The notes beneath the pieces are model-generated. The model saw only the letters and a list, made by a program, of their open reading frames with translations. It did not search any database and was not told where the DNA came from. Below are positions 50,299 through 64,000 of a stretch of DNA of 64,000 nt, one piece after another. How positions within the stretch are numbered: the stretch's first letter is position 1; the number at the start of each line of letters is the position of its first letter. This stretch comes from the human T2T-CHM13v2.0 reference genome, Homo sapiens: NCBI RefSeq assembly GCF_009914755.1, contig NC_060940.1; one strand, 5' to 3'. Position numbers and translations under genes: made by a program.

Positions 50299-52903
50299 GT
50301 AAGCGGCTGCCCTGATCACCCCAGCAGTGCTGCAACAGGGGCCTGCCCTCCCTCGGGGATGCCAGCTAGTTTGAGGCTGGGGTGGGATCATTTCCTCTCT
50401 CCCCATGGCAGGAAGTGTTTTCACAGCCCATTCTCACCTACCCTCATGCAGCACTGATCCAAAGCCAGTCCCATTCGCCTCGTGCACCCTCACCCCAGCC
50501 TTTCTAGGAGGGGCAAGCAGTGGGCATGGCTGAGCCTCAGGCCAGGCCGGCAAGTCTCCCTGGACGACCCCCCTGGGCAGCCAGTCACTCTCGGGCACCT
50601 GTCCACCTGGGATCCAGAGTGGCCATCCCCCAAACCCAGCCCCTCTGCTGTCTTACCCATCCAGGCCTGTCCTGGGAAGCTCAGAGCCCAGAAAGGAGTC
50701 AGACCCAGAAACCGTGGCAAGGGACAGATGATGTGTCCCGTACCAGGGGAGGGGCCAGATGGGGCAGCAATGACGACAGTAAAACAGGAGCCGATAGAGG
50801 GAGGGATACAGTAGCTGAAAGCAGGCCCACGCTGGGTGTCAGCTGGCCCGAGGCTCTGGAGGGGACACTAGAGCTGGGTACTGACAGATGGCAGTAGAGG
50901 AGTGTGCAGGCAGAAGAGACCAGGCCGGTGTAGGGAAGAAGGCTGAGAGCAGAGACAGCAGGCGCTTCTGCCTGGGGAGATGCTTCTCTGGACCAGGCGG
51001 ATGTGCCCCTGTGCTGGCAGTGCCTGTGGCTGGACAGGTAGACAAGGGCAGCTCTGGAAGGGCCTGCAGGCCCCACCCTGTGGTTGGGATCTTCCCTAGG
51101 CAGGACCAGTAGGTTAGGCTTAAGAGCCACTGGTTTCCTAACAGCCAGGTGCTGGGGCCATGGGGATTTGTGAATCCCAGAAACCGTCCTTCTGCTGAAA
51201 ATGAATGCCACTCATCCCATCCCGTCCCTTGGCAAATATTAGGTTAGAGCTCCCAGGCGGTTTCCTCAGGCTCTGCAACCTGCTCCCAGTTGCCCGCAGC
51301 AAGTGATCCCAGACAACCAGCCCAGGGACCAATTAGTAAACGTCAGTGGAAACTTGGGTGGTTTTATTTTGTTTTTTTTGTTTTACTATTTGGAGAGTTT
51401 CACATATGTAACAATTATTTTGCTGTAAAATTATTCTTGACTTATATGTTAGAATTGAATATAGCAGCCAGGCACAGTGGCTCACGCCTGTAATCTCAAC
51501 ACTTTGGGAGGCCGAGACGGGTGGATCACTTGAGGTCAGGAGTTTGAGACCAGCCTGGCCAACACGGTGAAACCCCATCTCTACTAAAAATACAAAAATC
51601 AGCCAGGCATGGTGGTGCCCGCCTGTAATCCCAGCTACTTGGGAGGCTGAGGCAGGAGAATCACCTATGGGAGGCAGAGGTTGCAGTGACCTGAGATCAA
51701 GACATCGCACTCCAGCCTGGGCGACAGAGTGAGACTCCATCTCGGGGGGAAAAAATTGAATATAGCAAAACCCACAAAATCTGACGAGTGCAGCCCAGGA
51801 ACCGGAGTGAGGGACAGAGCTGGGGTTTAGGGACTAGGCTGCCCACACCCCAGCCCTGAGCCCAGCCATGAGCCAGCGACAGCTCATGGGGACTGACTGG
51901 GGTTCTGAGAGACAGAGGCTGGCCAGGGAGGGGATGAGCATCAGGAAGTAGCAACCAGCACTGGGGTGGGGTTGGGGGTTAGTGACTCTGGTGCTTTTCC
52001 TTCTGGGGTGGAGGTTCCAGAAGGCTCTACAGAGCTCCGAGACAGAACTGGGATTTCAGGAACCCTCGAGGTACACCTCATAGGCAGGCCCTTACCATTA
52101 TAAAATTGTTTCTGATTACAATATTAAACAAGGATTGGGGGAGGGGGATTGAAGATATAAAATGGCTAAAAAGAGGCTTGCTGATTTTCCAGTATATTTT
52201 AGTTTGGGGGACAAGAAAATAGCTGTCCTCACCTTGTCCTGCTGAACCTGGGGGTGGGGGTAGAGCTGGAATGCAGAGGTACAGCCCTGACCCACCCAGC
52301 TGAGAAAAGCCCAGGGAGACTCCGGAGGGGCTGGGCCTGAGGAAGGGGCACCTGGGCTTCAGTCTTGGGGTGGAAACACCCCCACCTGCACCCGCACCCA
52401 CACCCTGGAGGTGCAAGTGGCTTCTGCGGCCGGGCACGGTGGCTCACGCCTGTTACCCCAGCACTTTGGGAGGCTGAGGTGGGTAGATCACCTGAGGTCA
52501 GGAGTTCAAGACCAGCCTGGTGAAAGCCCATCTCTACTAAAAGTACAAAAATTAGCCAGGTGTGGTGGCACACGCTTATAATCCCAGCTACTCGGGAGGG
52601 AGGAAGTTGCAGTGAGTCGAGATCCCGCCATTGCACTCCAGCCTGGGTGATGAGCAAGACTCTGTCTCAAAGACAAAAAACAACAACAAAAAAAAAAGAG
52701 AGAGAGAAAGTGGCTGCTGCCTGTGGAGGGCCTCAGGCCCGCGGCCTGCCCTGATGCCAGCGATCACTGGGAACGGTAGAGTCAGCTGCAGGAGGCCTGC
52801 ACCCAGGCTCCTGCCAGCAACCCAGCTGTGCTTCCCCAGAGACCGTTCCCAGGCACCGCTGCCCTGAGCCTCCTGCCAAGCATCCTCTCTGCTTTCCTTT
52901 CAG

Positions 52904-52932
52904 AAGAGAATTCCGACTCGGACTCTGACTGA
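52904..52932 (+). CDS. CMTM3: CMTM3 last coding exon (EENSDSDSD*); total 182 aa; 3'UTR to about 54190
   Basis: ctttcctttcag|AA; TGA 52930-52932; variant signal AATACA 54159-54164. Confidence 0.93.
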
Positions 52933-54195
52933 AGGCCTGGCGGGTGCCTTGGCAACCTGAGCCACACAGGCCTCCACCCCTGCGCCTCACAGGGGTCGCT
53001 GGCGTTGGAGCGGAGGCCTGGACTTCTGAGTTGCAGAGGGGGCTGCGGACACAGCAGGCCCCCTACAGCCTCAGGTTCTGCCTGAGCCCAGCCTACCAGG
53101 CTTGCCCCTCAGCTCAGCACTGTTGACCACGCTGCGTATGAGGGCATCTTGGGTATCCCACTCCTTCTCCCCATTTCTGTCCCACAGGCCTTCAGCCCTT
53201 TAACGTCTCTGCCAAAAACCAGCACAAGGAGACAAAGCAGAGCCTTGTCTGTATCTGGGCAGCAGGTGTTCCATGCTGCTAGGTGGCGGGGGTCGGGGGT
53301 CTTCTGTTTCACTAACAGGAACAAAGACAGAAACCATGACAGGGCTGCCCCGCCAGGCCCCGGTGGGTTTGTCTGCACTTGGTGCTCCTGCCCACACCAG
53401 CCACTTTGGTGACAATGACCCTTCCAAGAATCTTTGGTTCAAGGAGCACCAGTTCCCTCTTCATTCTTGAAGCAGGGAGAAATTGACCTTTGCCTTGTCG
53501 CCCAGGAAGTGGGGCTCGGCACCCATAACTAACACCTCCCACCCTTGGAAACCATGTCTTCTGGGGGTGAGATGACCATTCTGGGTCTAAGACTGTTTCA
53601 AAGAAGAGCTCATAGACTGACTGGTCCAGAAGACAGAGGGTACAACAGTGGCATCACAGTGACAGTGTCATGGGGAGCTGGGCGGGCCCAGCCAAACCCT
53701 CCTTCTTCCTAGAGCCCAGCCAGCAGGCAGGAGTTCCTGGACCCTCAGGACAGTGAACTTCCAGACCTCAGGGCAGGTCTATGGGCCACTGCAGGAGATG
53801 AGACCAGCCTTCTGTGTTCACCTAACGATTTATACTGTGTATCTGTCTTTGATGGAATTTTGTAACTTTTTATATTTTTTTATGCAAAAGCAGCTTCTTA
53901 ACAGATGGCATTTTCTGTGACTCTAGGCCTCACAAAAGAGCCAGAGTTCTGGACCCATGTTTGGAGCATTTGTAGCCTTATTCTCTTGCGTGTGAATCTC
54001 TTACCCTGAAAAAAAGCCATAATGAATTAAGCCAGACTGACCACTTGCTTGGAGTGTGTGCTTGAAAAAACCAGAGCAATACTGTTGGGTATTGTATCAG
54101 GCTTCAGTACAAACTGGTAACACCAATGTGGATCCTGACAGCTTTCAGTTTTAGCAAAAATACACGTGAAATCTGACTACCATTTAATCCTTTAT

Positions 54196-54549
54196 TTCCC
54201 TAACCTTTTTGGCACCAGGGACCAGTTTCGTGGAAGACAGTTTTTCCATGGACTGGGGGTTGGCGGGTGGGTTGGGGTGAGGGTGGGAGGGGATGGTTTC
54301 AGGATGAGACTGTTCTATCTCAGATCATCAGGCATTAGATTCTCATAAGGAGCACACAACCTAGATCCGTAGCATGCACAGTTTACAATAGGATTCGCAT
54401 TCCTATGAGAACCTAATCCCACTGCCAATCTGACAGGAGGCAGAGCTCAGGCGGTAATGCCGTTGCTTGCCACCCACCTCCTGCTGTGCAGCCTGGCTCC
54501 TAACAGGTCCCATGGTACCAGTCCACTGCCCAGGGGTTGGGGACCCCTG
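54196..54549. mobile_element. MER1B-like hAT-Charlie DNA transposon between the CMTM3 and CMTM4 3' ends
   Basis: aacctttttggcaccagggacc start, tcagatcatcaggcattagattctcataagg core, ggttggggacccctg end. Confidence 0.8.
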
Positions 54550-55058
54550 CTCTAGTTCTCACACTACCCTGTTTTATAAACAAAGAAACTGAGACAGAGG
54601 TCGGGTAACTGGCCCAGGGCCCTCTCACTTACACATCAGGATAGTGTCTCACGGCAGCCTCAGGCAGCCGGAACCCTGGGGCTCTCCTGGTTTGGAAGCT
54701 GGTTGCATAACAGCCCAGAGGACTACAGCCCTGGAGGACCCGGGTCCGCATTCTTATCCAGGCTGATGGGAAAAGACAAGACATTCCACCCAAACTGTCA
54801 CACACCACATGTGCTGAAAATGGGTAAGAAAGCTGGGTGTGCAGGAGTGGAGAGGCCCCTGGTGGAATTTACATTCCACCTTGTAAGCCCTGGCAAAGCG
54901 GCAAAGCTGGTGTCACAGAGGCCTTGTTCCACCCTGAGGATCGTGGCTCTGTTCAACCTCCACACAGCAGCCCTATTTCAGGAACTGGATCCGTAACGTT
55001 TAAGGGGCAGAGGAGGCCACTCAGAGTGAGGAGAGACAACGACATCCTTACACGTCCA

Positions 55059-55064
55059 TTTATT
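55059..55064 (-). terminator. CMTM4: CMTM4 poly(A) signal AATAAA
   Basis: TTTATT on + at the end of a long, nearly repeat-free 3'UTR, followed by a GU-rich tract on -. Confidence 0.8.
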
Positions 55065-57571
55065 AAACAAGTTCCTTCATGACAATTTAATACAATAGTT
55101 ATTAACGATTAGTGTTGAGAAAATTATTTCCCTCTACATACAAAAATACAGATTTGAACACTATGAAAAAGATCAAGACAAGTACCATGAAAAACTGGTC
55201 CTTCAAATGAAAGGGGGAAAATTGAGGGCAATGTGAGGCTTTGCCTGCTGTCGGGGACAAATCAATAGCAGCAAAGCTTTGGGGCCCCAACCCACTCCAT
55301 ACATACAGACTTGAACCCAAAAGCCAGGCCAGCCAGGGGACGCCCACCCAGGGCTTCCACGTCAGCTGAAAAACCAAACACATAAACCTAAGTTTGCCCA
55401 ACGGGCATCGCCTCAGAAAGCCCACAGTTGTGTCTTTAAACTGCCGAAATGAAAGAGACTTGATGAGTAAAATGTGATAGTTGTTAACATTGCCCCCCAA
55501 AAGTGCCACCAGGTGAAGTACCACGGAGAAATCATATTGGAAAGTTACTACTTAGCCATCTGACTTGACTTCCTTGGTTATCAAATAATTACATATTCTG
55601 ACCCTTCAGAAGGACACCAAAAGCTACAATTTTATGTTTCAATCCATCTGTACCTTCATTTGCAATGGCTCAGCTAGTTTACTCAAGGGTTTTGGGACCA
55701 GACATAACTCACGTCCTGCAGGAAGGAGAAGCAAAAGGAGCCGGTGAAGAGTACGTGTCTGTGTCTTGGTGTCATCTAGCTCCTCACAGCAAACAGCCTG
55801 TTTTGTTCAGGCCTGAAGCCTGGAAAAGGCCGCCGAGCCTAGCCAGAGCATCCACAACGAACCAATCTGAGATCCGAGTGGAAGATGAGAGCCCCGGAGC
55901 TGGCTGAGGTCCCCCAGGAAGCTTCCCACTCTGCAGTGGCAGGAAGGCCATGCCTCTGCAGGACGCTCGCACTGATTCTGGAAGGGGCCCAGGCCAGAGA
56001 ATACACTTGGGCTCAGTTCACCAGCCCAAACCACAGGGGAAGGAGCCGGACACCGGCCTCTCACCATTTTACACCCAAAGACAGGAGGTCAGGGCTCTGA
56101 TGCTACTCTTCTGTTTGTAAAATATGGAACCACTTTCTTTGTACTGTTTGAGGTGAGCAGTGGCTCCAAACTGAGCAAGTGGTTAAAAAATGCCAAATGC
56201 AATTATACTGACTTATAATTATTTCACAGAAATATACTCTTACTCTCAGACTATTTAAATAAGCAGGAACAAGATGCAGGAGAAGCAGCAGCAGAGAGGA
56301 AAGAGGAATAGCCAGGGAATTTTTTTTGTTTTTTTTCTTCTTTAAAATACATACGAAGTGTAAAGAGAAAATGGCCAAAACCTCAAAACTACCATTGTTG
56401 AAAACAATATTAAAAGGACACAATCTAAAATCATGCTACAAAAATAGTGTTATCTTGTTTAACTAAATGTACATCTTTTTTTCCAATTCCATGATTGACA
56501 AGAGTGCTTATGCGACGCATGGAAGGCACCAGAGGTGAAGTGATTATTTGCCTTAAAATATACAAAGAATTGCCTACTTTGAAAAAAAAATAGTCATACT
56601 TGTAAATAAATAGTTTAGTGTTTCTGCCATGGGTTCCTGAACCCCTACAAATTTCAACATATACAAATAGTTTCAATTCCTACCATTCTCTTAGAGGGAA
56701 CCACGTCAAACAAAATCAAGTTAGGAAAAGCACTGATTTTATCCAAGTAGGTCAATTTGAGGCAAGATTCAAAAACTCATTTTAAAATGGGTTACAGAGT
56801 GAAAGAGTTGGGAACAGGCAGCCCCCTTTGGGCCTGGGTCAGCCTACGAGTCCATCCCAGGTGTCCTGCCCTCACATCTGCCAGCCCTCAGGCCGGCCAG
56901 GTCTCCCTTCAAACCCTGAGTATTTGCCTTCCTCACTTCTGCGAAGAGGGGAACAGAATCTTGAAGCTTGCAAAATCGATTCTGGAAAAAGCAGGCAAGC
57001 AAAGCAGGGCCTGTGGGGGGAAGCAGCGTGAGTCAGGCCTCACCCTGGTGCAAGGGCACCAGCAGGTCTCCCTCCTCTCCCCTCCTCACCATCCCTACGC
57101 GTCTCCTCACCATCCCTACGCGTGACTGACTTTCCTGATAAAAATGGGATACTTCCTACTGGGTGTCAGCACTGTCATCCTAAGGCAACTCAGACGTGAT
57201 AGTTTTAGACTATGATCAAATCTCACACAAACCATTATCAGAATCTTGTTTCACACCATCTCTCTTTTCAGGCAGTTATGAAAAGAAACTCTGACCTGGC
57301 CCTAAATCCCATCAGCAAAGCTGACTAAGGTGGTCTGAGATATGTTCTTACTCCTAAACTCAAACTTTAAAAGTTTCAATAGCTCCCTGGGGGTCCAAGC
57401 CAAAGGCTCCCTGGCCTTTGTGTATTATGCATCCCAAAGAAAACACGCCACCCCAGGTGTCTAGATAGCAAGTCACCTGAATTAAAGCCTCAGCATAAAA
57501 AAACAAACATAGACAACAAACTTACCCTATGAAATAGATACACAGTTCAAGGACCCATCATCTGAACTTTT

Positions 57572-57757
<186 letters not shown>

Positions 57758-60700
57758 TCAAGCTAAAGAGTGTACAAAATGCCACTCACTTGCATGAAGA
57801 AGAATTAAACAGAACATTCACTTTCGGAAGAAAATTTTTCTAGACCTAACAGATATTGACGGTATTTTCTCTCACAGTTTCTAAATAAAAGAAACATAAA
57901 AGGTCAAATATTTTAAATTACTTTCTCAACCAGACAGTTCTTGTGACTTGAATGATATCTGCTGAGAAGAGAAGAAACACAAGATTCTACAAAGCGCCAG
58001 GGAAGTTTACAAAGCTAAAAGCTGAGGGTGTCAGGCCTGCGTCCTGTCTGAGATGGCAGCCAAGCCAGCTTCAGAGTCACCTGCTGGACCCACATGTTCC
58101 TGAGCCAGATGCCAGGAGCTCACCCACAGGACGGGAAAGACCTGTCCCCAGCATCCCACTCTTGCCCTCAAGCTGACTGTGGAACGCGAGACAGCTTTCA
58201 AAGACAAGAGGACAGGAAGGCAGTTAACAAAGTACACGTTTCCAAGACAGCCTGAGCTGTCTAGTGCTGATAGCAGACAGGTGGGGTGTTCCAGGCCACT
58301 GCTTCCTCCCTTATCTCCCAGACCTGGCCGTGTGTGGACCTCACCAGCCTACCAAGCTGTTGGGCCTGGACGTGGGTGCTGATAAAATAAGACAAACCTG
58401 GAAAAAACCCTGGATTCTGCAACTTCACTAGGAAATAACAAGGCACCTAGAGACTTCACAAGCTAATGGCAGTCCCTGGAGCAGGAAGCAACTTGTTATT
58501 CTGCTCAAGAGAATCCACCAGCAGCTCTTGGCCTAGAAACTTTTTCCCCTTTCTGATACCTGTTTAACGTCATTATTACTCTGTAAACAAGATCTGGAGA
58601 AGATGACAGTCAGGCAGTGGCACAAAGACTTCATGACTGTTTTGTTTTGAACACAGATGAGACAATAGGAACCCTTAAATCATCACTGCCTTGCAGAATC
58701 ACTAAATTGTTCAGGTGTCTCCATGCTCTATTCATCTCCTAGGTGCTAAGACCAACCCACAGAAAATCTGGCACAGAAAGGGATTAGACCTCAGTCCACC
58801 TCTCAGAGCACATGGATAGGTGACGGGTTTCTCATGTGAATCTACAAGAAAAGGTACGCCTGGGCCACACGCAGGACATGGCACCCACTAGGGTTGTTCA
58901 GGTCTCATTCACTGCAAGCAAGAATTCACGTACATGAGTGCACAAAGGTGTTGGAGCTTGGTCTCCTCAGGCTTAACCCAAGGCTGACTCACTAGGACAG
59001 CTTCCAAGAACCACAGATGTAACTGCAAACTTGAAGAGAGTCAGAATGTTTTCAACTGAGTCACGAAGCTGTCCCAGAAGCACCCGACATAGGGTGGAGG
59101 TCAGACACATTCCCTGGCTGCCCACAGGCGTGAGCCTTCCTGCCAGGGGACAGTAACAGGGCCCGAAGGGCTGGGGGTGCCGCTGGCTTCCCAGGGCCAA
59201 GCGCTCAGAGCTGGGCCGGACTTGCCCATGCTGGCTTCAGCTCACATTGCCAAGGAAGATGTGTATTGGGGCTGTGCAGGCTGCCACATTCTTGCTTTTT
59301 CTGTAGACAAAAGTCACCTCCCTCGGATGGCTGTTTACTTCAAATCAAACTTCTCTGACGAGATTTTAATCTGAAACTGCATCTGTTCTTCCCAGCTTTA
59401 TGTGGGGCCAACAAGTATCTCCAGCCTTTCATGACTGTAATCCCTCTTTAAGGCAGGGAAAACATATTTCCCTCCCATGCCTTCAGCAGTGTGAAAGAAG
59501 GATATCAAAGAGAATCAGAGGGAAAAAATACCAAATCCACCCAATCAGTGCCAAAATAAACTTTCTCTGAGGACATCAGTGTTTGCATCCATCTAAAACC
59601 ACCAGAGGTTCCACCAAATGCTTGAGGGTTTCAGCTGTACAGTGTCCAGGAAAAAACCCAAATGCACACAGCAACTGCAGTTTCTTCAAGTTTTGCTTTA
59701 AATGTGAAAACCAATATCGTCCCACCAGAACACTGAGAAAAACTAAGGTCGCTCAGCCTTCAAATGCCCCAAACCAAACTGATATTGGTCCCTATTGAAA
59801 CTATTAAACGCAAAAACGCTTCCTTCAATTTGCCAAGAGGTCATTTTAAGGCCCCCAGATATCGATTGTCTTCTGTTTGCATATAGAGGCAATATAAGAA
59901 AAATATAGGCGTCTTCATATTCACCTTGGATAACCCTATTCCCTCCAGAACTTTCGTCACCACGTGGTCTATACATGATGACATGTGCAACCACACATTA
60001 CATCAACTAGAAAGCGTCCATAGCACCACTTCCGGTTCTAGTGGGAGTTAATTAAATACAAGGAGAACATTTACAAAACCACCGAGGAGCCTCACGGCAC
60101 AAAGGATATTAAATAGTTACAGGGACATAAATAATTCTGAAGAGTCTATCACGAAGATGCAAATTAACTCCTAAGTCACTCTCTGGCGTGTCATCCTTTT
60201 TGGTCATTCATCTGCATTTAGTTTCAGTGACTTCAGAACTATTTCTTGCAGCTGACAACATATCCTCAGGAGGCCAACCACCTGCCCCCCTCTTTCACCA
60301 GATGATCAAGTGGTTTTACTGAAGTGAGCTGGGAAAACTTGGGCAACAAGCCCACCTGAATGGTGTTCTTGTTTTCAATCTCACTTCAAAGATGGCCTTT
60401 TTTGGGGGCCAAGTAACATGATTCCCAGCAGGAGATTTCTGATAAAGCTCAGGATGGTCCTTCCAAGTGGGCCCCATTTAATGCAAGGCTGAGCCTTTGT
60501 GGCCCTATTTTAAAAGGAACTCTCAAAGAGAGATAAGCCCAATTTTGACTTTGCAAACACACTCAACAGACCTGACAGGCAGCACACCCAGCTGTGAGCT
60601 GGCCTGGCTGCCCTCTCTGTGGGAGCAGAGGGGAGACGAGTTGTTAACAGGCTAGCAGGGTCAGCCCCTGAGGCAGACGTGGTGCTCAGCCACATAGCCT

Positions 60701-62352
60701 GGGACACTGCTCCCAACTCAGATCGTACTGAAGGTGTTGGTGCAGGAAGCTAACCCCAACTCCGACCCCCAGCCCAGCAGTGTTGCCTGATCAACACTGT
60801 GAGCTCAGATGCTGTCCTTTTCTGGGGAATGAGACGCCACATGTCCATAAGGTGACGCTTTCTTGCACAGACCCCCCGCCGCCCCCTCGGAGTTATTTAT
60901 TACACAGTACGCTGCTAAAGCTGTCAACATTTGTCAGCACTTGATCTTGGGGATTTCTCCATGTTACTGCAAAATCTTCCTGCCACAGTAAGTGCTTTTT
61001 GGTGAGGGCTAAACACAAAATGTTAGAGCTAAAGTGAGGTTTGTAAACATTAAAAACAGTTCAAAGAGGGAAAACCTGACAAACTAAAACAACTTTTTTC
61101 CATAAAAGATATAATTACTCTCTAATTTTTTAAAAAAACTACTGCATCATGGGGACTCACTGAACTCATTCACCACACACAATAATCTTCACTTTATCAA
61201 GAATCAATCAGAAACCTTAAGTAGCTAGGATTTTTCCCCCCAACAACTCCCAAGAATGATGTCTACAGTTATGACACTGAGGCGCCCAAAGCGACAATTA
61301 GTGCCTTCTGAAACATGGGTGGAAGGGTGTGTTCTGGTGCAAATTCAAGTATTTTCAAATCCTAGACGAATCTGCTCAGAATCATTTTAGAACTCTTTGC
61401 AGGCATTTAGAAAATTAGCACACATCCCTAAAATAGAGGGGTGTGTGTGTGCATGTGTGCGCGCACGCGTGTGCATGCTGTTTTTTAACACAAACACCTC
61501 CCACCTGCGGTTCATGAAGCCAGCAAATGGGCAAGTGCTTTGGCTGGTGGAGTAGGCTTGTTTCTTTCATGGCTTTTACCTGAGAAGGTAAAATGACTGA
61601 AAATCTGCAATTCAGCCTCAAAGTATTTAGGGTAGGCAGGAAACTGGAAAACAAGATAGTCCCCATAACAAGATGGCCCCCATATTCCTGGAGAAGAATC
61701 TGGGGTTCAGGAAGGTGATTCATTTGAGGAAGAATCAAGTGATTTCTCAGCAGAGTAGGAAACAAAAGGTCACCCTTCCTTGAGTCAGAGGTCCCTGGGA
61801 GCCATCCTAACAGGACATCAGCTTTCCCCAGCCCTGTGGCCTTTGGGCTGGTGCTGGCTGCCTGGGGGCCCTGGCATGGAAGATGAGGAGTGGGCTGGAT
61901 CCCAGCACGCAGACTCAACACTGACTTGGAGCAGGTGGTGCCTAAGGCTGCCTGAGAACCACTGCCGACTGACCGTTCCAATGCTGTCCCTTCATTCCTT
62001 CATATTTCCCCCCTCTTAGCAGCCCCATTTAATCCAAAGTCTTGTTACAAATACACACGACAAGGTGGCTCAGAGTCAAAGGAAGCCTGTGCTTCAGGGC
62101 AGGTAAGACCTCAAGTGGACCTGGGCAGTGACGCCGGCTGCTCCACAGCCCCAAACGCTGAGGAACGTGGGCCTCCCAACTCCACCGCGGACCCGCCCAC
62201 TGGGCCACTCGGGAAACCCTTTCCCAAAATGAACTTTTACCAAAGAGGACAAAATTCAACTGAATCACATGGAAATCTGACAGGACAAGGGAAAGAAAAC
62301 TTGACTGAGAGACAGGCACGAGGACGGGAGGGAGGAGGATCCAGGCAGGTCC

Positions 62353-62517
<165 letters not shown>

Positions 62518-63488
62518 CTAAAAACACACCAGCACAGTTAGTCCTCGGGCACGTGGCCTGGCCCCTCAAGGCTTCTGTGGTGACCCAAGCCACATGCAGC
62601 CCCTTCCTGCTCTGCCAGCTGATCATTACAACCCTGTGCCTTCATTCCTTGATCTCTTCCCCCTCTCAGCAGCCCCATTTGATCTAAAGTCTTGTTTCAA
62701 ATACATATGACGGGGTGGCTCAGAGTCAAAGGGAAGCCTGTGCCCAGCCCTGCTGGATGTGTGGCTGTCACACCACAGCTGAGTCTCTAGTCATGTGACA
62801 CACAGAAAATCTTGCCTGACCTAAAGACAGCCTAAGGTTTCTTTTGAAGTATTTTGGACGTATAAAAAAATAAATCACAAAAGTACCTCTTTTACTGCAA
62901 CTTCAGGGCCTCTGGTCCCAGATGAGAAAATACAGTGCAGACAAAATGTAACATAGACAGAAAATCAGGGTTTCGCATGTGGGTCCCAAATCAAGCCACA
63001 GGGCCAATGTTCCACATCACAGCCCCCATCCCACACCTGCCTCTCATGGGGCAGCTCCAAGTAAGCAGCTCCAGAGTAAGAAGCACAGAGTTTTAATTAT
63101 TAAGACTTACAAATCGCCTGAGTGGCACCTGGGAGAGCAGTTCGTTTAATCATTTATAAACCTTTTAATCCCCCCATTACAAAAAGGATAACTGTTCCTC
63201 ATAAACTGAGAACAATACAGAAATGCAGGGCATGGAGAGGGGAAGTCCTACATTATCTGGTCCCCACCTGCCGTGGCATTTCCACCTTGAAATGTCATGT
63301 GACTGCTAAATGGTGTCATGACTGCATTCAAGAACCCTCCCTTCCCCAGGCAGATAAGGCTCTTAGACATCAAGGACTGTGTTGGAAACGAACCAAAGCA
63401 GGGGTTCTTGAACTTGAGAGCACATCTGTATCATCCAGAGGGTTACTTCAAATACATTTCTGACTCAGTAGCTCTGGAGCGGAGCCTA

Positions 63489-63797
<309 letters not shown>

Positions 63798-64000
63798 CTA
63801 AAGGGAGAGACAAAATAAACCAAGTGAAAAGAACCATTCCATCTTTGCTCTAAAAGCAACTGGAGAACTTTCAAAATAAGACCCACGATACCCAACCTCC
63901 CTGGTGGCTCCATATTTCAGTCTCAATGTCACAGGGTTACTGGTCACACAAAAGAAGGCAAAGTTAACAGTTTATGACACTACTTGATAAATCACCACCA

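Noticed and set aside
61415-61981. 188-aa minus-strand ORF in the CMTM4 3'UTR
   Set aside because: No domain signal and runs through a simple repeat; likely chance.

Overview
Primate (very likely human 16q21-q22) DNA covering the CKLF-like MARVEL (CMTM) cluster. On + it holds the last two exons of CKLF and complete CMTM1, CMTM2 and CMTM3; on - it holds the 3' end of CMTM4 (two exons, an alternative last exon and a ~7.3 kb 3'UTR), convergent with CMTM3. I rebuilt all exon structures from splice sites and reading frames; the spacers are rich in Alu, L1, LTR and DNA-transposon remnants. The main unexpected observation is on the - strand inside CMTM1 introns 2-3 (~11.2-17.8 kb): a decayed, multi-exon gene that appears to encode up to four tandem protein-kinase-like (tyrosine-kinase-type, partly pseudokinase) domains. 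It retains splice sites, subdomain motifs in the correct order and internally duplicated exons with synonymous-biased divergence. Its first kinase exon straddles CMTM1 exon 3 on the opposite strand. This was read by eye and needs a frameshift-aware profile search. Repeat coordinates and family names are approximate.
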